Source of the DNA: Usitatibacter sp.
Lineage (GTDB): Bacteria > Pseudomonadota > Gammaproteobacteria > Burkholderiales > Usitatibacteraceae
Assembly: GCA_035624355.1 (NCBI GenBank)
Contig: DASPRQ010000012.1
Span: 22,782 to 86,781 of the forward strand
Direction of reading: 5' to 3'
Length of the DNA stretch: 64,000 bases
The position numbers and the translations under genes were made by a program. A model generated the notes under the pieces. It was not told the origin of the DNA. It did not search any database and saw nothing but the letters and a program-made list of their open reading frames with translations. This document shows, one piece after another, positions 31,881-41,436 of this stretch (positions within the stretch are counted from its first letter, which is position 1; each line of letters opens with the position of its first letter).

Positions 31881-33332
31881 ATGGAACCGTGCGCAGTGTT
31901 GCACATCGCCTCGATGCACGGCGGCGGCGTGGACCGCCACGTGCGCGACATCGCGCGCAACGTCCCGCGCCCGCACCTCGTGTGGCACGTCGCCGAGCGC
32001 GCCGAGGTGCTCGAGCTTCCGGCCGGGCGCCGCTCGCTCGCGCTCGATCCCGCGGCGGTGGAGCGCCACGGCGAGGCCGTCGACCGGGTCCTCCGCCACG
32101 CGCGCGTGGGCGTGCTGCACGTGCACGCGATCGCGCGTGCGGCGCGCCGGCGCGCCGCGCAGCTCGCGGGCCGCACGGGGCTGCCGACCGTCGTCACGCT
32201 GCACGACGTGCTCTTCCTGCGCCCCGACGCTCTCCAGCCCGGCGCGGGCATCGAGCCCGACTCCGCGTGGCTCGCGGAGACCTCGCAATTCCTGCGCGCT
32301 GCCGCCGCCGTGCTCGCGCCTTCCGAATTCGTCGCGGACCTCGCGCGCCGCCACGTTCCCGGCCTCGAGGTCGCGGTCGTGCCCAACGGCTCGCCACCCC
32401 GGCGCGGCGCCGCCCGCCTCGCGCCCCGGCCCGCGTTCGCCGCGCGCCGCTTCGGCCACGTGGCGGCGGTGCTGGGCGCGATCGGCCCTCACAAGGGCAG
32501 CGCCGTGCTCGAGGAGCTGGACACCCTGCTGCGCGGCGCGGACATCGCCGTCGTCGTGATCGGCTACCTCGATTCCCAGGTGCCGCCCGGATGGCACGGC
32601 GAGCGCCTCTACGTCCACGGCGCGTACCGCGACGAGGACGTTCCCGCCCTCCTGCGCGCGTACGGCGTGCGCCTCGCGCTCTTTCCCAACCGCGTACCCG
32701 AGAGCTTCAGCTATGCCCTCTCGGACGCGTGGGACGCGGGCGTGCCGGCGCTGGTGCCGGCCGAAGGGGCGCTGGCCGAGCGCGTGCGGCGCCACGGCGG
32801 CGGATGGATCCTGCCGCCGGGCGCGGGGGCGCGTGAGATCGCGGCGGCGCTCGCGCAGCGCTTCGGGCCCGAAGGCGCGGCCGAGCTCGCGCGCGTAGAA
32901 TCCGACCTCGGCCGCGCCGACGACGCGCGCGTGCCTCGCCTGGACGCCATGACGCGCTCCCTCGACGCCCTCTACGCCCGCTTCGGCATCGACCCCGGGG
33001 CGCCCCTCGACGCCCAGGCGCCCGAGGTGCAGGCCCTCCTCGCGACGAACCTCGACGGCGCCCTCTTCCGGGAGGAGCTCGCGCGCGCCGCCGACGAGCT
33101 CGCGCAGCTGCGCGCGGGCCTCGAGGCCGAGCGCGAGCAGGCGCGCGCGTGGATCGCGAAGCTCGAGAAGGACGTCGCGAGCCTCCAGTCGGAGCTCGGC
33201 CGGGAAGTCGAGGCCCGCCGCGCGTTCGCGCAGGAGAACGCCCTCCTGCGCGACAGCAAGGAAGCGTTCGACCGGCTGCCCGCGATGCTGCGCCGCGTGC
33301 TGCTCAAGAAGATCCGCGATGCGCGAGGTTGA
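31881..33332 (+). CDS. GT4-like (GT-B) glycosyltransferase with C-terminal coiled coil
   Basis: HGGGVDRHV, VVTLHD, APSEFV, LGAIGPHKG, PESFSYALSD; heptad-rich tail. TAAGAT 31869-31874 lies 6 nt before the ATG. Confidence 0.85.
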   Translation: MEPCAVLHIASMHGGGVDRHVRDIARNVPRPHLVWHVAERAEVLELPAGRRSLALDPAAVERHGEAVDRVLRHARVGVLHVHAIARAARRRAAQLAGRTGLPTVVTLHDVLFLRPDALQPGAGIEPDSAWLAETSQFLRAAAAVLAPSEFVADLARRHVPGLEVAVVPNGSPPRRGAARLAPRPAFAARRFGHVAAVLGAIGPHKGSAVLEELDTLLRGADIAVVVIGYLDSQVPPGWHGERLYVHGAYRDEDVPALLRAYGVRLALFPNRVPESFSYALSDAWDAGVPALVPAEGALAERVRRHGGGWILPPGAGAREIAAALAQRFGPEGAAELARVESDLGRADDARVPRLDAMTRSLDALYARFGIDPGAPLDAQAPEVQALLATNLDGALFREELARAADELAQLRAGLEAEREQARAWIAKLEKDVASLQSELGREVEARRAFAQENALLRDSKEAFDRLPAMLRRVLLKKIRDARG

Positions 33333-35145
33333 CCTCAGCGTCGTCACATACCGACCCGACCTCGGGCTGCTCGGCCGCCTCCTCGCGAGCCTCTCCGAGC
33401 CCACGGCGAAGCCCCTCGCGCGGAACCTCCTCCTCCACGACAACAGCGCGGACCCCCGCGTCGCGGAATCCATCGCCGCGCTGCCGCAACTGCGGCCCGG
33501 GGGCGCCTTCGCCCGGGTCGAGCTGCACGCCGCGGGCGCCAACCTCGGGTTCGGCCGCGGGCACAACGCGGCGCTCGCGCGGGGCGCGGCCCCCTTCGCG
33601 CTGCTGCTCAACCAGGACTGCGTCCTCGAGCCCGGCGTGCTCGACGCGCTGCTCGAAGCCGCGGAGGGAAGCGCCGCGGACGTGGCGGCCTGGGAGCTGC
33701 GCCAGATCCCCTACGAGCATCCCAAGGCCTACGATCCCGTGACGCTCGAGACGCACTGGGCGAGCGCGGCCGCCCTGCTCGTGCGCCGCGCCGCCTTCGA
33801 GGCCGTGGGCGGATTCGACCCGCGCCTCTTCATGTACGGCGAGGACGTGGACCTGTCGTGGCGCCTGCGCGCGGCGGGCTGGCGCATCCTCTACCAGCCG
33901 AAGCTCGCGGCGGTGCACGACACCTACCGCGAGCCCGGCGAGGTGAAGCCGGCGCAGGTCTTCGGCGGAGTGCTCGCCAGCCTCTGCCTGCGCGCGCGCT
34001 ACGGCGGGCTCCTGCGCACGATGCAGGGGCTCGCGATGCTCGCGATGGAGATCACGGCGCCGAGCACGTTCCCGGGGCGCCGCCTGGGCCTCGCGCGCGC
34101 GGGCCTATCCTTCCTCGCACGCTGGCCCACGTTCGCGCGCACGCGCGTGCGGCCGAACGCCGCGTTCCGCCCGAAGTTCGCCGGCTGGGGCTTCGAGACG
34201 CGCCGCGACGGCGCGTTCCACCGCTTCGCCTCGCGGCGCGACGCGGGACCGGCCTCCGCGCCCCGCGTCTCCATCCTCATCCGCACTTGCGACCGCCCCG
34301 GGAGCCTGCGCGAGGCGCTCGCCTCGTGCGCGAACCAGACCCACGGGAACCTCGAGGTCGTGGTCGTGGAGGACGGCCTCCCCCGATCGGGCGGCGTGGT
34401 GGAAGAGTTCCGCGGCCGCCTCGAACTGCGCTACCGGGCGACGGGCGGGCGCGTGGGCCGCGCGCGCGCCGGGAACCTCGCCCTCGCCGAGGCGACCGGC
34501 GAGTGGCTCAACTTCCTCGACGACGACGACGTGCTCTTCGCCGACCACGTCGAGGTCCTGCTCGAGGCGGCACTCGATGCGGGCGTGGCGGGCGCCTACG
34601 GCCTCGCGTGGGAGACGCAGACCGCTCCCGGTCCCTCGGGGCGCCCCGAGGAGGTCATGCACTCCACGCGCCACCGCCAGGCCTTCGACCGCCTCACGCT
34701 CTGGCACCACAACTTCCTCCCGATCCAGGCGGTGCTCTTCCACCGCCGCCTCTACGAGCGCCACGGCGGCTTCGCCGAGGACATGGACCGGCTCGAGGAC
34801 TGGAACCTCTGGACGCGCTACACGCTCGCCGACCGGTTCGTGCTCGTGGAGAAGACCACGTCGAAGTACCGGGTCCCCGCCGACGCGTTCGAGGCCGCCG
34901 AGCGCCAGGCGCTCCTCGACCGCGCCTACGCCGAGGCGCTCGAGCGCCAGCGGGCGATGCGGGTCACCCTTTCGCCGCGCCAGATCTCGGAGATGGCCGA
35001 CGCCTACGCTCGCAGCCAGACGGTGGTGATGGTGACGCGCGGCGACCTGCGCCGCTTCGTGCGCGAGCGTCCCATGGTGGCGCGGCTCGCCGCCTGGCGC
35101 CAGCCGGCGCTCGAGTGGATGCGGCGGCGGCGGATCCTGCGCTAG
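33319..35145 (+). CDS. Double GT2 (GT-A) glycosyltransferase
   Basis: Domain 1: NLGFGRGHN, LLLNQD, FMYGEDVDLSWR. Domain 2: VSILIRT, VVVVEDG, NFLDDDD, EDWNLW. Confidence 0.9.
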   Translation: MREVDLSVVTYRPDLGLLGRLLASLSEPTAKPLARNLLLHDNSADPRVAESIAALPQLRPGGAFARVELHAAGANLGFGRGHNAALARGAAPFALLLNQDCVLEPGVLDALLEAAEGSAADVAAWELRQIPYEHPKAYDPVTLETHWASAAALLVRRAAFEAVGGFDPRLFMYGEDVDLSWRLRAAGWRILYQPKLAAVHDTYREPGEVKPAQVFGGVLASLCLRARYGGLLRTMQGLAMLAMEITAPSTFPGRRLGLARAGLSFLARWPTFARTRVRPNAAFRPKFAGWGFETRRDGAFHRFASRRDAGPASAPRVSILIRTCDRPGSLREALASCANQTHGNLEVVVVEDGLPRSGGVVEEFRGRLELRYRATGGRVGRARAGNLALAEATGEWLNFLDDDDVLFADHVEVLLEAALDAGVAGAYGLAWETQTAPGPSGRPEEVMHSTRHRQAFDRLTLWHHNFLPIQAVLFHRRLYERHGGFAEDMDRLEDWNLWTRYTLADRFVLVEKTTSKYRVPADAFEAAERQALLDRAYAEALERQRAMRVTLSPRQISEMADAYARSQTVVMVTRGDLRRFVRERPMVARLAAWRQPALEWMRRRRILR

Positions 35146-35188
35146 CGGTTCCCGGAAGGAGGCTTGCGGCGCCCCTATAATGCCGCCG

Positions 35189-36244
35189 ATGGACGCCTCC
35201 CACCCCGCCGAGAGCGGGCTGCCCTTCACCGGCGAGCGCTACGTTCCCGGCGCGAAGGGCGAGATCTGGATCGAGCACTGGCACCGCTACCACTTCGCGG
35301 CGCGGTGGGCGGCGGGCCGGCGCGTGCTCGACGTGGCCTGCGGGGAGGGATACGGCACGGCGCTCCTCGCGCGCAGCGCCGCCCACGCGACGGGCATCGA
35401 CGTCTCCGAGGCCGCGGTCGCGCACGCGCGGCGCACCTACGGCGCGCAGACGAACCTCGCCTACGCGCGCGCTTCCTGCGCGCGTCTGCCGCTCGCCGAC
35501 GCGAGCGTCGACCTCGCCGTCTCCTTCGAGACCCTCGAGCACATCGACGCGCAGGAGGCCTTCCTCGACGAGCTCGCGCGGGTCCTCGCCCCGGGCGGCG
35601 TGCTCGTGCTCTCGTGCCCGAACAAGCTCGAGTACAGCGACAGGCGCTCGTACCGCAACGAGTTCCACGTGAAGGAGCTCTACCGGGAGGAGCTCGAGGC
35701 GCTGGTCGCCCCGCGCTTTCCCGAGCGCGCCTGGTACGGCCAGCGCCAGACCTTCTATTCGGTCATCGCGCCCGAGTCTCCGGCGGGCGCGCTCGCGCAC
35801 TTCGTCGAGGTGGAGGAGGCCGACCCCGCCGCGACCTCCGCCCAGCTCGGCCACCCGCTCTACTTCGTGCTCGTCGCGGGGCGCGACGCGCTGCCGGCCC
35901 CCGCGCCGGCCCTGTCGGTGCTCGCCGACCGCGGCGACTGGGTCCATCGCGACTACGAGAAGGTCTGCCGGGAGCTCGAGGCGGCTGCGCGCCGAGCCGG
36001 CGAGCTCGAGCGGGAAGCCGAGGATCGCGCGACGGCGAACGCCGCCCTGCGCGCCGAGCTCGACGAGGCGCGCAGGGCGCTGGCGGCGGCCGTCGAGGAG
36101 CGCAACGCCGCCGTGGCCCTGCGCGAGGCGCAGCTCGTCGCGCGCGAGCTGCAGCTCTCGGAGAAGAACCGCGAGATCGACCGGCGCCGCAGCTGGCGCT
36201 GGTGGCTCAAGCTGCCGCTCATCCGGCTGGGGATCCTGAAGTGA
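35189..36244 (+). CDS. Class I SAM-dependent methyltransferase with C-terminal coiled coil
   Basis: FTGERYVP, EHWHRY, VLDVACGEGYG, VSFETLEH; heptad tail. Start moved to ATG 35189 because ATG 35180 overlaps TATAAT 35176-35181. Confidence 0.88.
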   Translation: MDASHPAESGLPFTGERYVPGAKGEIWIEHWHRYHFAARWAAGRRVLDVACGEGYGTALLARSAAHATGIDVSEAAVAHARRTYGAQTNLAYARASCARLPLADASVDLAVSFETLEHIDAQEAFLDELARVLAPGGVLVLSCPNKLEYSDRRSYRNEFHVKELYREELEALVAPRFPERAWYGQRQTFYSVIAPESPAGALAHFVEVEEADPAATSAQLGHPLYFVLVAGRDALPAPAPALSVLADRGDWVHRDYEKVCRELEAAARRAGELEREAEDRATANAALRAELDEARRALAAAVEERNAAVALREAQLVARELQLSEKNREIDRRRSWRWWLKLPLIRLGILK

Positions 36245-36284
36245 GGCCGCGCGTCCCCGCGACCCGCCTCCTTATAATGCGGGC

Positions 36285-37526
36285 ATGAACCCACGCCTCG
36301 GGCTCCTGCAGCCCTATCCGTTCGAGCGGCTGCGCCAGCTCCTCGCCGACGTGAAGCCGCCGCCGGGCCTGCGGCCCGTCAGCCTCGGGCTCGGCGAGCC
36401 GCAGCATCCGACGCCCCCGCTCATCGGGGAGGCGCTCGCGGCGAACCTGGGCGCGATCGCGCGCTATCCGTCGACGGCGGGCCTGCCCGAGCTGCGCCGC
36501 GCGATCGCCGAGTGGCTCGGGCGGCGCCACGGCGTCGCGATCGACATGGACAAGGAGGTGCTGCCGGTGCTCGGCAGCCGCGAGGCGCTCTTCGCCATCG
36601 CGCAGACGGTCCTCGACCCCGCCGAGCCCGGCGCGCTCGTGATCTGCCCGAATCCCTTCTACCAGATCTACGAGGGCGCGACGCTGCTGGGGGGCGCGAA
36701 GCCGTGGTTCGTCAACGCCGAGGCGGCGCGAGGCTTCCGCCCGGACTGGGACGCGGTGCCGGAATCGACGTGGGCGCGCACGCGGATGCTGTACGCGTGC
36801 TCCCCGAGCAACCCCCACGGGCGCGTGATGCCGCTCGAGGAGTGGAAGCGGCTCTTCGAGCTCTCCGACCGGCACGGCTTCGTGATCGTCTCCGACGAGT
36901 GCTACAGCGAGATCTACTTCGACGAGGCGAGGCCGCCGCTCGGGGCGCTCGCCGCCGCGCGCGCCCTGGGACGCGAGGGATGGCCGCGGCTCATCGTCAT
37001 GGGGTCGCTGTCGAAGCGCTCGAGCGCGCCGGGGCTGCGCTCCGGATACGCCGCGGGCGACCGCGCGGTCCTCGAGCGCTTCGCGCTGTACCGCACCTAC
37101 CACGGCTCCCAGATGAGCAACGCCGTGCAGCTCGCCTCCGTCGCCGCGTGGGGCGACGAGCGCCACGTGGCCGGGAACCGCCGCCTCTACCGCGAGAAGT
37201 TCGCCTCCTTCTACGAACGCGTGAATCCCGTCCTGCCGCTCGCCATGCCGGAGGCGGGGTTCTACTTCTGGGCGGACGTGTCCGGCTGCGCGGCCGGCGC
37301 GGGCGGCGACGACCTCGCCTTCGCGCGCGAGCTCTTCCGCGCCGCGCACGTGACGGTGCTCCCGGGCAGCTACATCTCGCGCGAGTCGGGCGGGCGCCTC
37401 CCGGGGCGCGGCTTCGTGCGCATGGCCCTCGTCTCGACCCTCGAGGAGACCGCCGAGGCCGCCGGACGGATCCGCGCCTTCGTCGAGCAGAGCGCGCCCG
37501 CCCTCGCGAGCGCCGGCATCCCATGA
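36285..37526 (+). CDS. dapC: Succinyldiaminopimelate transaminase
   Basis: [43 protein letters not shown] lysine; upstream of dapD. TATAAT 36273-36278 lies 6 nt before the ATG. Confidence 0.93.
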   Translation: MNPRLGLLQPYPFERLRQLLADVKPPPGLRPVSLGLGEPQHPTPPLIGEALAANLGAIARYPSTAGLPELRRAIAEWLGRRHGVAIDMDKEVLPVLGSREALFAIAQTVLDPAEPGALVICPNPFYQIYEGATLLGGAKPWFVNAEAARGFRPDWDAVPESTWARTRMLYACSPSNPHGRVMPLEEWKRLFELSDRHGFVIVSDECYSEIYFDEARPPLGALAAARALGREGWPRLIVMGSLSKRSSAPGLRSGYAAGDRAVLERFALYRTYHGSQMSNAVQLASVAAWGDERHVAGNRRLYREKFASFYERVNPVLPLAMPEAGFYFWADVSGCAAGAGGDDLAFARELFRAAHVTVLPGSYISRESGGRLPGRGFVRMALVSTLEETAEAAGRIRAFVEQSAPALASAGIP

Positions 37527-38356
37527 GCGGCGCCGCGCGCTCCCTCGAGGCGGTGATCGAGCAGGCCTTCGAGCGCCGCGCCGAGCTCACGCCCGCCTCC
37601 GCCCCGGCCGAGCTGCGCGAGGCGGTGGCCGAGGTCCTCGCCCGGCTCGACGCCGGGAAGATCCGCGTGGCCGAGAAGCTCGACGGCCGCTGGGTCACGC
37701 ACCAGTGGATCAAGAAGGCGGTGCTCCTGTCCTTCCGGCTGCGCGACAACGAGATCATGCAGGGCGGCTATACGCACTACTTCGACAAGGTCGACTCGAA
37801 GTTCGCCCGCTACACGCAGGCCGACTTCCGGGCCGGCGGCTACCGCGTGGTGCCCCCGGCCACGGCCCGCCACGGCGCGTTCATCGCGAAGAACGTGGTG
37901 CTGATGCCCTCGTTCGTGAACGTGGGCGCCTACGTGGACGAGGGCGCGATGGTCGACACCTGGGCGACCGTGGGCTCGTGCGCGCAGATCGGCCGCAACG
38001 TGCACCTTTCCGGCGGCGTGGGCATCGGCGGCGTGCTCGAGCCGCTGCAGGCGGGCCCCACGATCATCGAGGACGACTGCTTCGTGGGCGCGAGGAGCGA
38101 GATCGTCGAGGGGGTGGTCGTGGGCGAGGGCTCCGTGATCTCCATGGGCGTCTACATCGGCCAGAGCACCAAGATCTACGACCGGGGGACAGGGGAAATC
38201 CGCTACGGGTCCGTGCCCCCCGGGAGCGTGGTCGTCCCGGGAAGCTTGCCGGGGGGGGATGGCCGGTATAGTCTCTACTGCGCGGTCATCATCAAGCAGG
38301 TGGACGCGAAGACCCGCTCGAAGACGGGAATCAACGAGCTGCTGAGGGGCGACTGA
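37523..38356 (+). CDS. dapD: Tetrahydrodipicolinate N-succinyltransferase
   Basis: [52 protein letters not shown]. Confidence 0.98.
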   Translation: MSGAARSLEAVIEQAFERRAELTPASAPAELREAVAEVLARLDAGKIRVAEKLDGRWVTHQWIKKAVLLSFRLRDNEIMQGGYTHYFDKVDSKFARYTQADFRAGGYRVVPPATARHGAFIAKNVVLMPSFVNVGAYVDEGAMVDTWATVGSCAQIGRNVHLSGGVGIGGVLEPLQAGPTIIEDDCFVGARSEIVEGVVVGEGSVISMGVYIGQSTKIYDRGTGEIRYGSVPPGSVVVPGSLPGGDGRYSLYCAVIIKQVDAKTRSKTGINELLRGD

Positions 38357-38477
38357 AGCCCGCCCCGCCTAGTGAACCGGACGGGAACACGCCCTGACCG
38401 CGCGAGCGGCGTGAGCCCGGGAAAGGGGACGGGGAACCGGGCCGCACCGGGATCCTTCCCCAGGGAGAGACGTACCC

Positions 38478-39647
38478 ATGTTCGTCGAGAAGCTGCTGCA
38501 GCTGATGGCCGAGAAGAAGGCCTCCGACATCTTCATCTCCGCGGGCTCGCCCATCAGCATCAAGATCCAGGGCAGCATCATGCCGGTCAACCCGCAGCCG
38601 ATGGACGCGGAGATGACCAAGAAGATCGCCTACGAGATGCTCACGCCGCACCAGATCGAGATCTTCGAGCGCGACCTGGAGCTCAACTTCTCGAAGCCGA
38701 TGCCGGGCCTGGGCAACTTCCGCGTGAACTTCTTCTGGCAGAAGGGCGCGGTCTCGGGCGTGATCCGCTTCATCACCTCGGACGTCCCGAAGATCGCGGA
38801 CCTGAGCCTGCCGCCGGTGCTCTCCAGCCTCGTGATGGAGAAGCGCGGCCTCATCCTCGTCGTGGGCGCCACGGGCTCGGGCAAGTCCACCACGCTCGCC
38901 TCGATGCTCGACTACCGCAACTCCGTGGCCACCGGGCACATCCTCACGATCGAGGACCCGGTCGAGTACGTGTTCCAGTCGAAGAAGTCGATCGTCAACC
39001 AGCGCGAGGTGGGTAACGACACGCGCACCTTCCACGACGCGCTGAGGAACGCGATGCGCCAGGCCCCGGACTGCATCCTGATCGGGGAGATCCGCGACCT
39101 CGAGACGATGCGCATGGCCCTCACCTACGCGCTCTCGGGGCACCTGTGCCTCGCCACCCTGCACGCGAACAACGCCTACCAGGCCATGAACCGCGTGATC
39201 AGCTTCTTCCCGCTGGAAGTGCGCCCGATGCTGCTGCAGGACCTCTCGGTGTCGCTGAAGGCGGTGATCTCGCAGCGCCTGGTGAAGACCGTGGACGGCA
39301 AGCGCATGCCCGCCGTCGAGGTGCTGCTCAACACGCGCAACATCCAGGAGCTCATCGAGAAGGGCGAGATCACCGAGATCAAGGAGGCGATGGAGAAGAG
39401 CATGTCGCCCGGCTCGCAAACCTTCGAGCAGGACCTCTTCCGCCTCGTGCGCCAGGGCAAGATCTCCACCGACGAGGCGCTCGCGAACGCCGATTCCGCG
39501 ACCAACCTGGGCCTGCTGCTCGGCAACTCCGGGATCATGCCGGCGATGGCCGAGCGCGCGAAGCAGCCCTCGACGCCCTCGCGGCCCGGCGCGCCCTCCT
39601 TCGGCGAGTTCAAGATCACCGAGGATTCGGAGGAGCGCTTCGGCTAG
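38478..39647 (+). CDS. pilU: PilT/PilU family type IV pilus retraction ATPase (PilU-like)
   Basis: KASDIFISAG, GATGSGKST, IEDPVE, QREVG, GEIRD, TLHANN. SD GGGAG at 38463-38467. Confidence 0.9.
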   Translation: MFVEKLLQLMAEKKASDIFISAGSPISIKIQGSIMPVNPQPMDAEMTKKIAYEMLTPHQIEIFERDLELNFSKPMPGLGNFRVNFFWQKGAVSGVIRFITSDVPKIADLSLPPVLSSLVMEKRGLILVVGATGSGKSTTLASMLDYRNSVATGHILTIEDPVEYVFQSKKSIVNQREVGNDTRTFHDALRNAMRQAPDCILIGEIRDLETMRMALTYALSGHLCLATLHANNAYQAMNRVISFFPLEVRPMLLQDLSVSLKAVISQRLVKTVDGKRMPAVEVLLNTRNIQELIEKGEITEIKEAMEKSMSPGSQTFEQDLFRLVRQGKISTDEALANADSATNLGLLLGNSGIMPAMAERAKQPSTPSRPGAPSFGEFKITEDSEERFG

Positions 39648-40189
39648 TGTCCCCGCTCGAGCGCGCGCTGGCCTCCTACGCCGCCTACCATCGCGACCGC
39701 CGCAACATCGCGACGCACTTCGCCGGCATCCCCATGATCGTGCTCGCGGCGGTGATCGCCGCCGGGACGCTCGCCGTGCCGATCGCCGGCATGGAGGTCA
39801 CGCTCGCCGCGGTGCTCTCGCTCGCCGCCTGCGCCTGGTACTTCCGCCTCGACCCCGCCTTCGGCGCGACCCTGGCCGTCGCGCTGCTCGCCGCGTGCGC
39901 GATCGCGAGCGAGGCGATCGCGCGCCTGGGCACGGGATCCGCGCTCGCGCTCGCCGCGCTCCTCTTCGTCGCGGGCTGGGCGCTGCAGTTCCTCGGCCAC
40001 CGCTACGAGGGCGTGAAGCCCGCCTTCTTCGACGACCTGCGCCAGCTCCTCGTGGGGCCGCTCTTCGTCTGCGCCGAGGCGGCGTTCCTGCTGGGCGGTC
40101 GCGGGGAGCTGCGCGGCGCGATCGAGGCGCGCGTCGGCCCGACCGTGCCGCGCCGCGACGGAGCGCCCCTGCCCCTCGTGCCGCGCTGA
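39647..40189 (+). CDS. DUF962/Mpo1-like membrane protein
   Basis: YAAYHRDRRNIATHFAGIP, WALQFLGHRYEGVKPAF, LLVGPLFV; GTG start overlaps the pilU stop. Confidence 0.85.
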   Translation: MSPLERALASYAAYHRDRRNIATHFAGIPMIVLAAVIAAGTLAVPIAGMEVTLAAVLSLAACAWYFRLDPAFGATLAVALLAACAIASEAIARLGTGSALALAALLFVAGWALQFLGHRYEGVKPAFFDDLRQLLVGPLFVCAEAAFLLGGRGELRGAIEARVGPTVPRRDGAPLPLVPR

Positions 40190-40232
40190 GCGCGCCGGGA
40201 GCGGCCCGTCGGGCGCCGCGGGTCGGTCCCGC

Positions 40233-40257
40233 TAGAATGGGCGTCTTTCGCGAAAGA
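40233..40257 (+). promoter_or_regulatory. dapE -10 box (TAGAAT 40233-40238) followed by perfect 14-bp palindrome TCTTTCGCGAAAGA (40244-40257)
   Basis: Read directly from the sequence; function is inferred. Confidence 0.55.
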
Positions 40258-40265
40258 GATCCCGG

Positions 40266-41399
40266 TTGAAGAACGAGACCCTCGAGCTCGCCAAGGCGCT
40301 CATCGCGCGCCGGTCCGTCACGCCGGCCGACGAAGGCTGCCAGGCGATCCTCATCGAGCGCCTCGTGCCGCTCGGCTTCCACGCCGAGGTCATGGTGTTC
40401 GGCGAGGTCACCAACCTGTGGATCCGGCACGGGACCGCGAGGCCCCTCGTCGTCCTCGCCGGCCACACCGACGTGGTGCCCACCGGTCCCGTCGAGCAGT
40501 GGAGCTGCGACCCCTTCGTGCCCACGGTGCGCGACGGGCGGCTCTACGGCCGGGGCGCGGCCGACATGAAGACCTCCGTGGCCGCGTTCGTGGTCGCGGT
40601 CGAGGCGATCGTGCGCGCGAGCCCGGAGCACCGCGGATCGGTGGCCCTGCTCATCACCTCCGACGAGGAAGGCCCCTCGGTGGACGGGACGGTGCGCGTG
40701 GTCGAGGAGCTCAGGCGGCGCGGCGAGAACATCGACTACTGCATCGTGGGCGAGCCCTCGTCGGCGGAGCGCTTCGGCGACACCATCAAGAACGGCCGGC
40801 GCGGATCGCTCACCGGGCGCCTCACCGTGCGCGGGGTCCAGGGGCACGTCGCCTATCCGCACCTCGCCCGCAATCCGGTGCACCTCGCCGCCCCGGCGCT
40901 CGCGGAGCTCGCGCGCGCCGAGTGGGACCGCGGCAACGAGCACTTCCCGCCGACCACGTGGCAGGTGTCGAACATCCACGCGGGAACGGGCGCGCAGAAC
41001 GTGATCCCCGGCGCGCTCCAGGTCGACTTCAACTTCCGCTTCTCCACCGAGAGCACGCCCGCGGCGCTCCAGGCGCGCGTGCGCGAGGTGCTCGGCCGCC
41101 ACGGGCTCGACTATTCCATCGACTGGACGCTCGGGGGCAATCCCTTCCTCACGCGGCGCGGCCGCCTCGTGGAGACGCTGTCCGCGGTCGTGGCGCGGGT
41201 CACCGGCGTGACGCCCGAGGTGAACTGCACGGGCGGCACGTCGGACGGGCGCTTCATCGCCGAGATCTGCCCGGAGGTCGCCGAGTTCGGCCCCGTGAAC
41301 CGCACGATCCACAAGGTGGACGAGGCCGTCGCCGTCTCCGAGATCGAGCCGCTCGCGCGCATCTACCGCGAGACGGTGGAGGCGCTCCTCGCCGGCTGA
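40266..41399 (+). CDS. dapE: Succinyl-diaminopimelate desuccinylase
   Basis: [46 protein letters not shown]; TTG start. Confidence 0.97.
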   Translation: MKNETLELAKALIARRSVTPADEGCQAILIERLVPLGFHAEVMVFGEVTNLWIRHGTARPLVVLAGHTDVVPTGPVEQWSCDPFVPTVRDGRLYGRGAADMKTSVAAFVVAVEAIVRASPEHRGSVALLITSDEEGPSVDGTVRVVEELRRRGENIDYCIVGEPSSAERFGDTIKNGRRGSLTGRLTVRGVQGHVAYPHLARNPVHLAAPALAELARAEWDRGNEHFPPTTWQVSNIHAGTGAQNVIPGALQVDFNFRFSTESTPAALQARVREVLGRHGLDYSIDWTLGGNPFLTRRGRLVETLSAVVARVTGVTPEVNCTGGTSDGRFIAEICPEVAEFGPVNRTIHKVDEAVAVSEIEPLARIYRETVEALLAG

Positions 41400-41436
41400 G
41401 GGCGCGGGAGCCGCCGATGCGCGCCGAGCTCCGCCG

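Noticed and set aside
31881-36244. Recent horizontal acquisition of the glycosyltransferase module
   Set aside because: Base composition and codon usage look the same as flanking core genes, with no mobile-element scars.
38400-38470. c-di-GMP-I riboswitch before pilU (GGGAAA...GGGGACG)
   Set aside because: It lacks the GGCAAACC and GGGACGCAAAGC cores in proper arrangement; the resemblance is superficial.
40238-40270. 10-codon uORF ([10 protein letters not shown]) ending on the dapE start
   Set aside because: Its ATG overlaps the TAGAAT -10 box, so it would not be in the transcript if that promoter is used.
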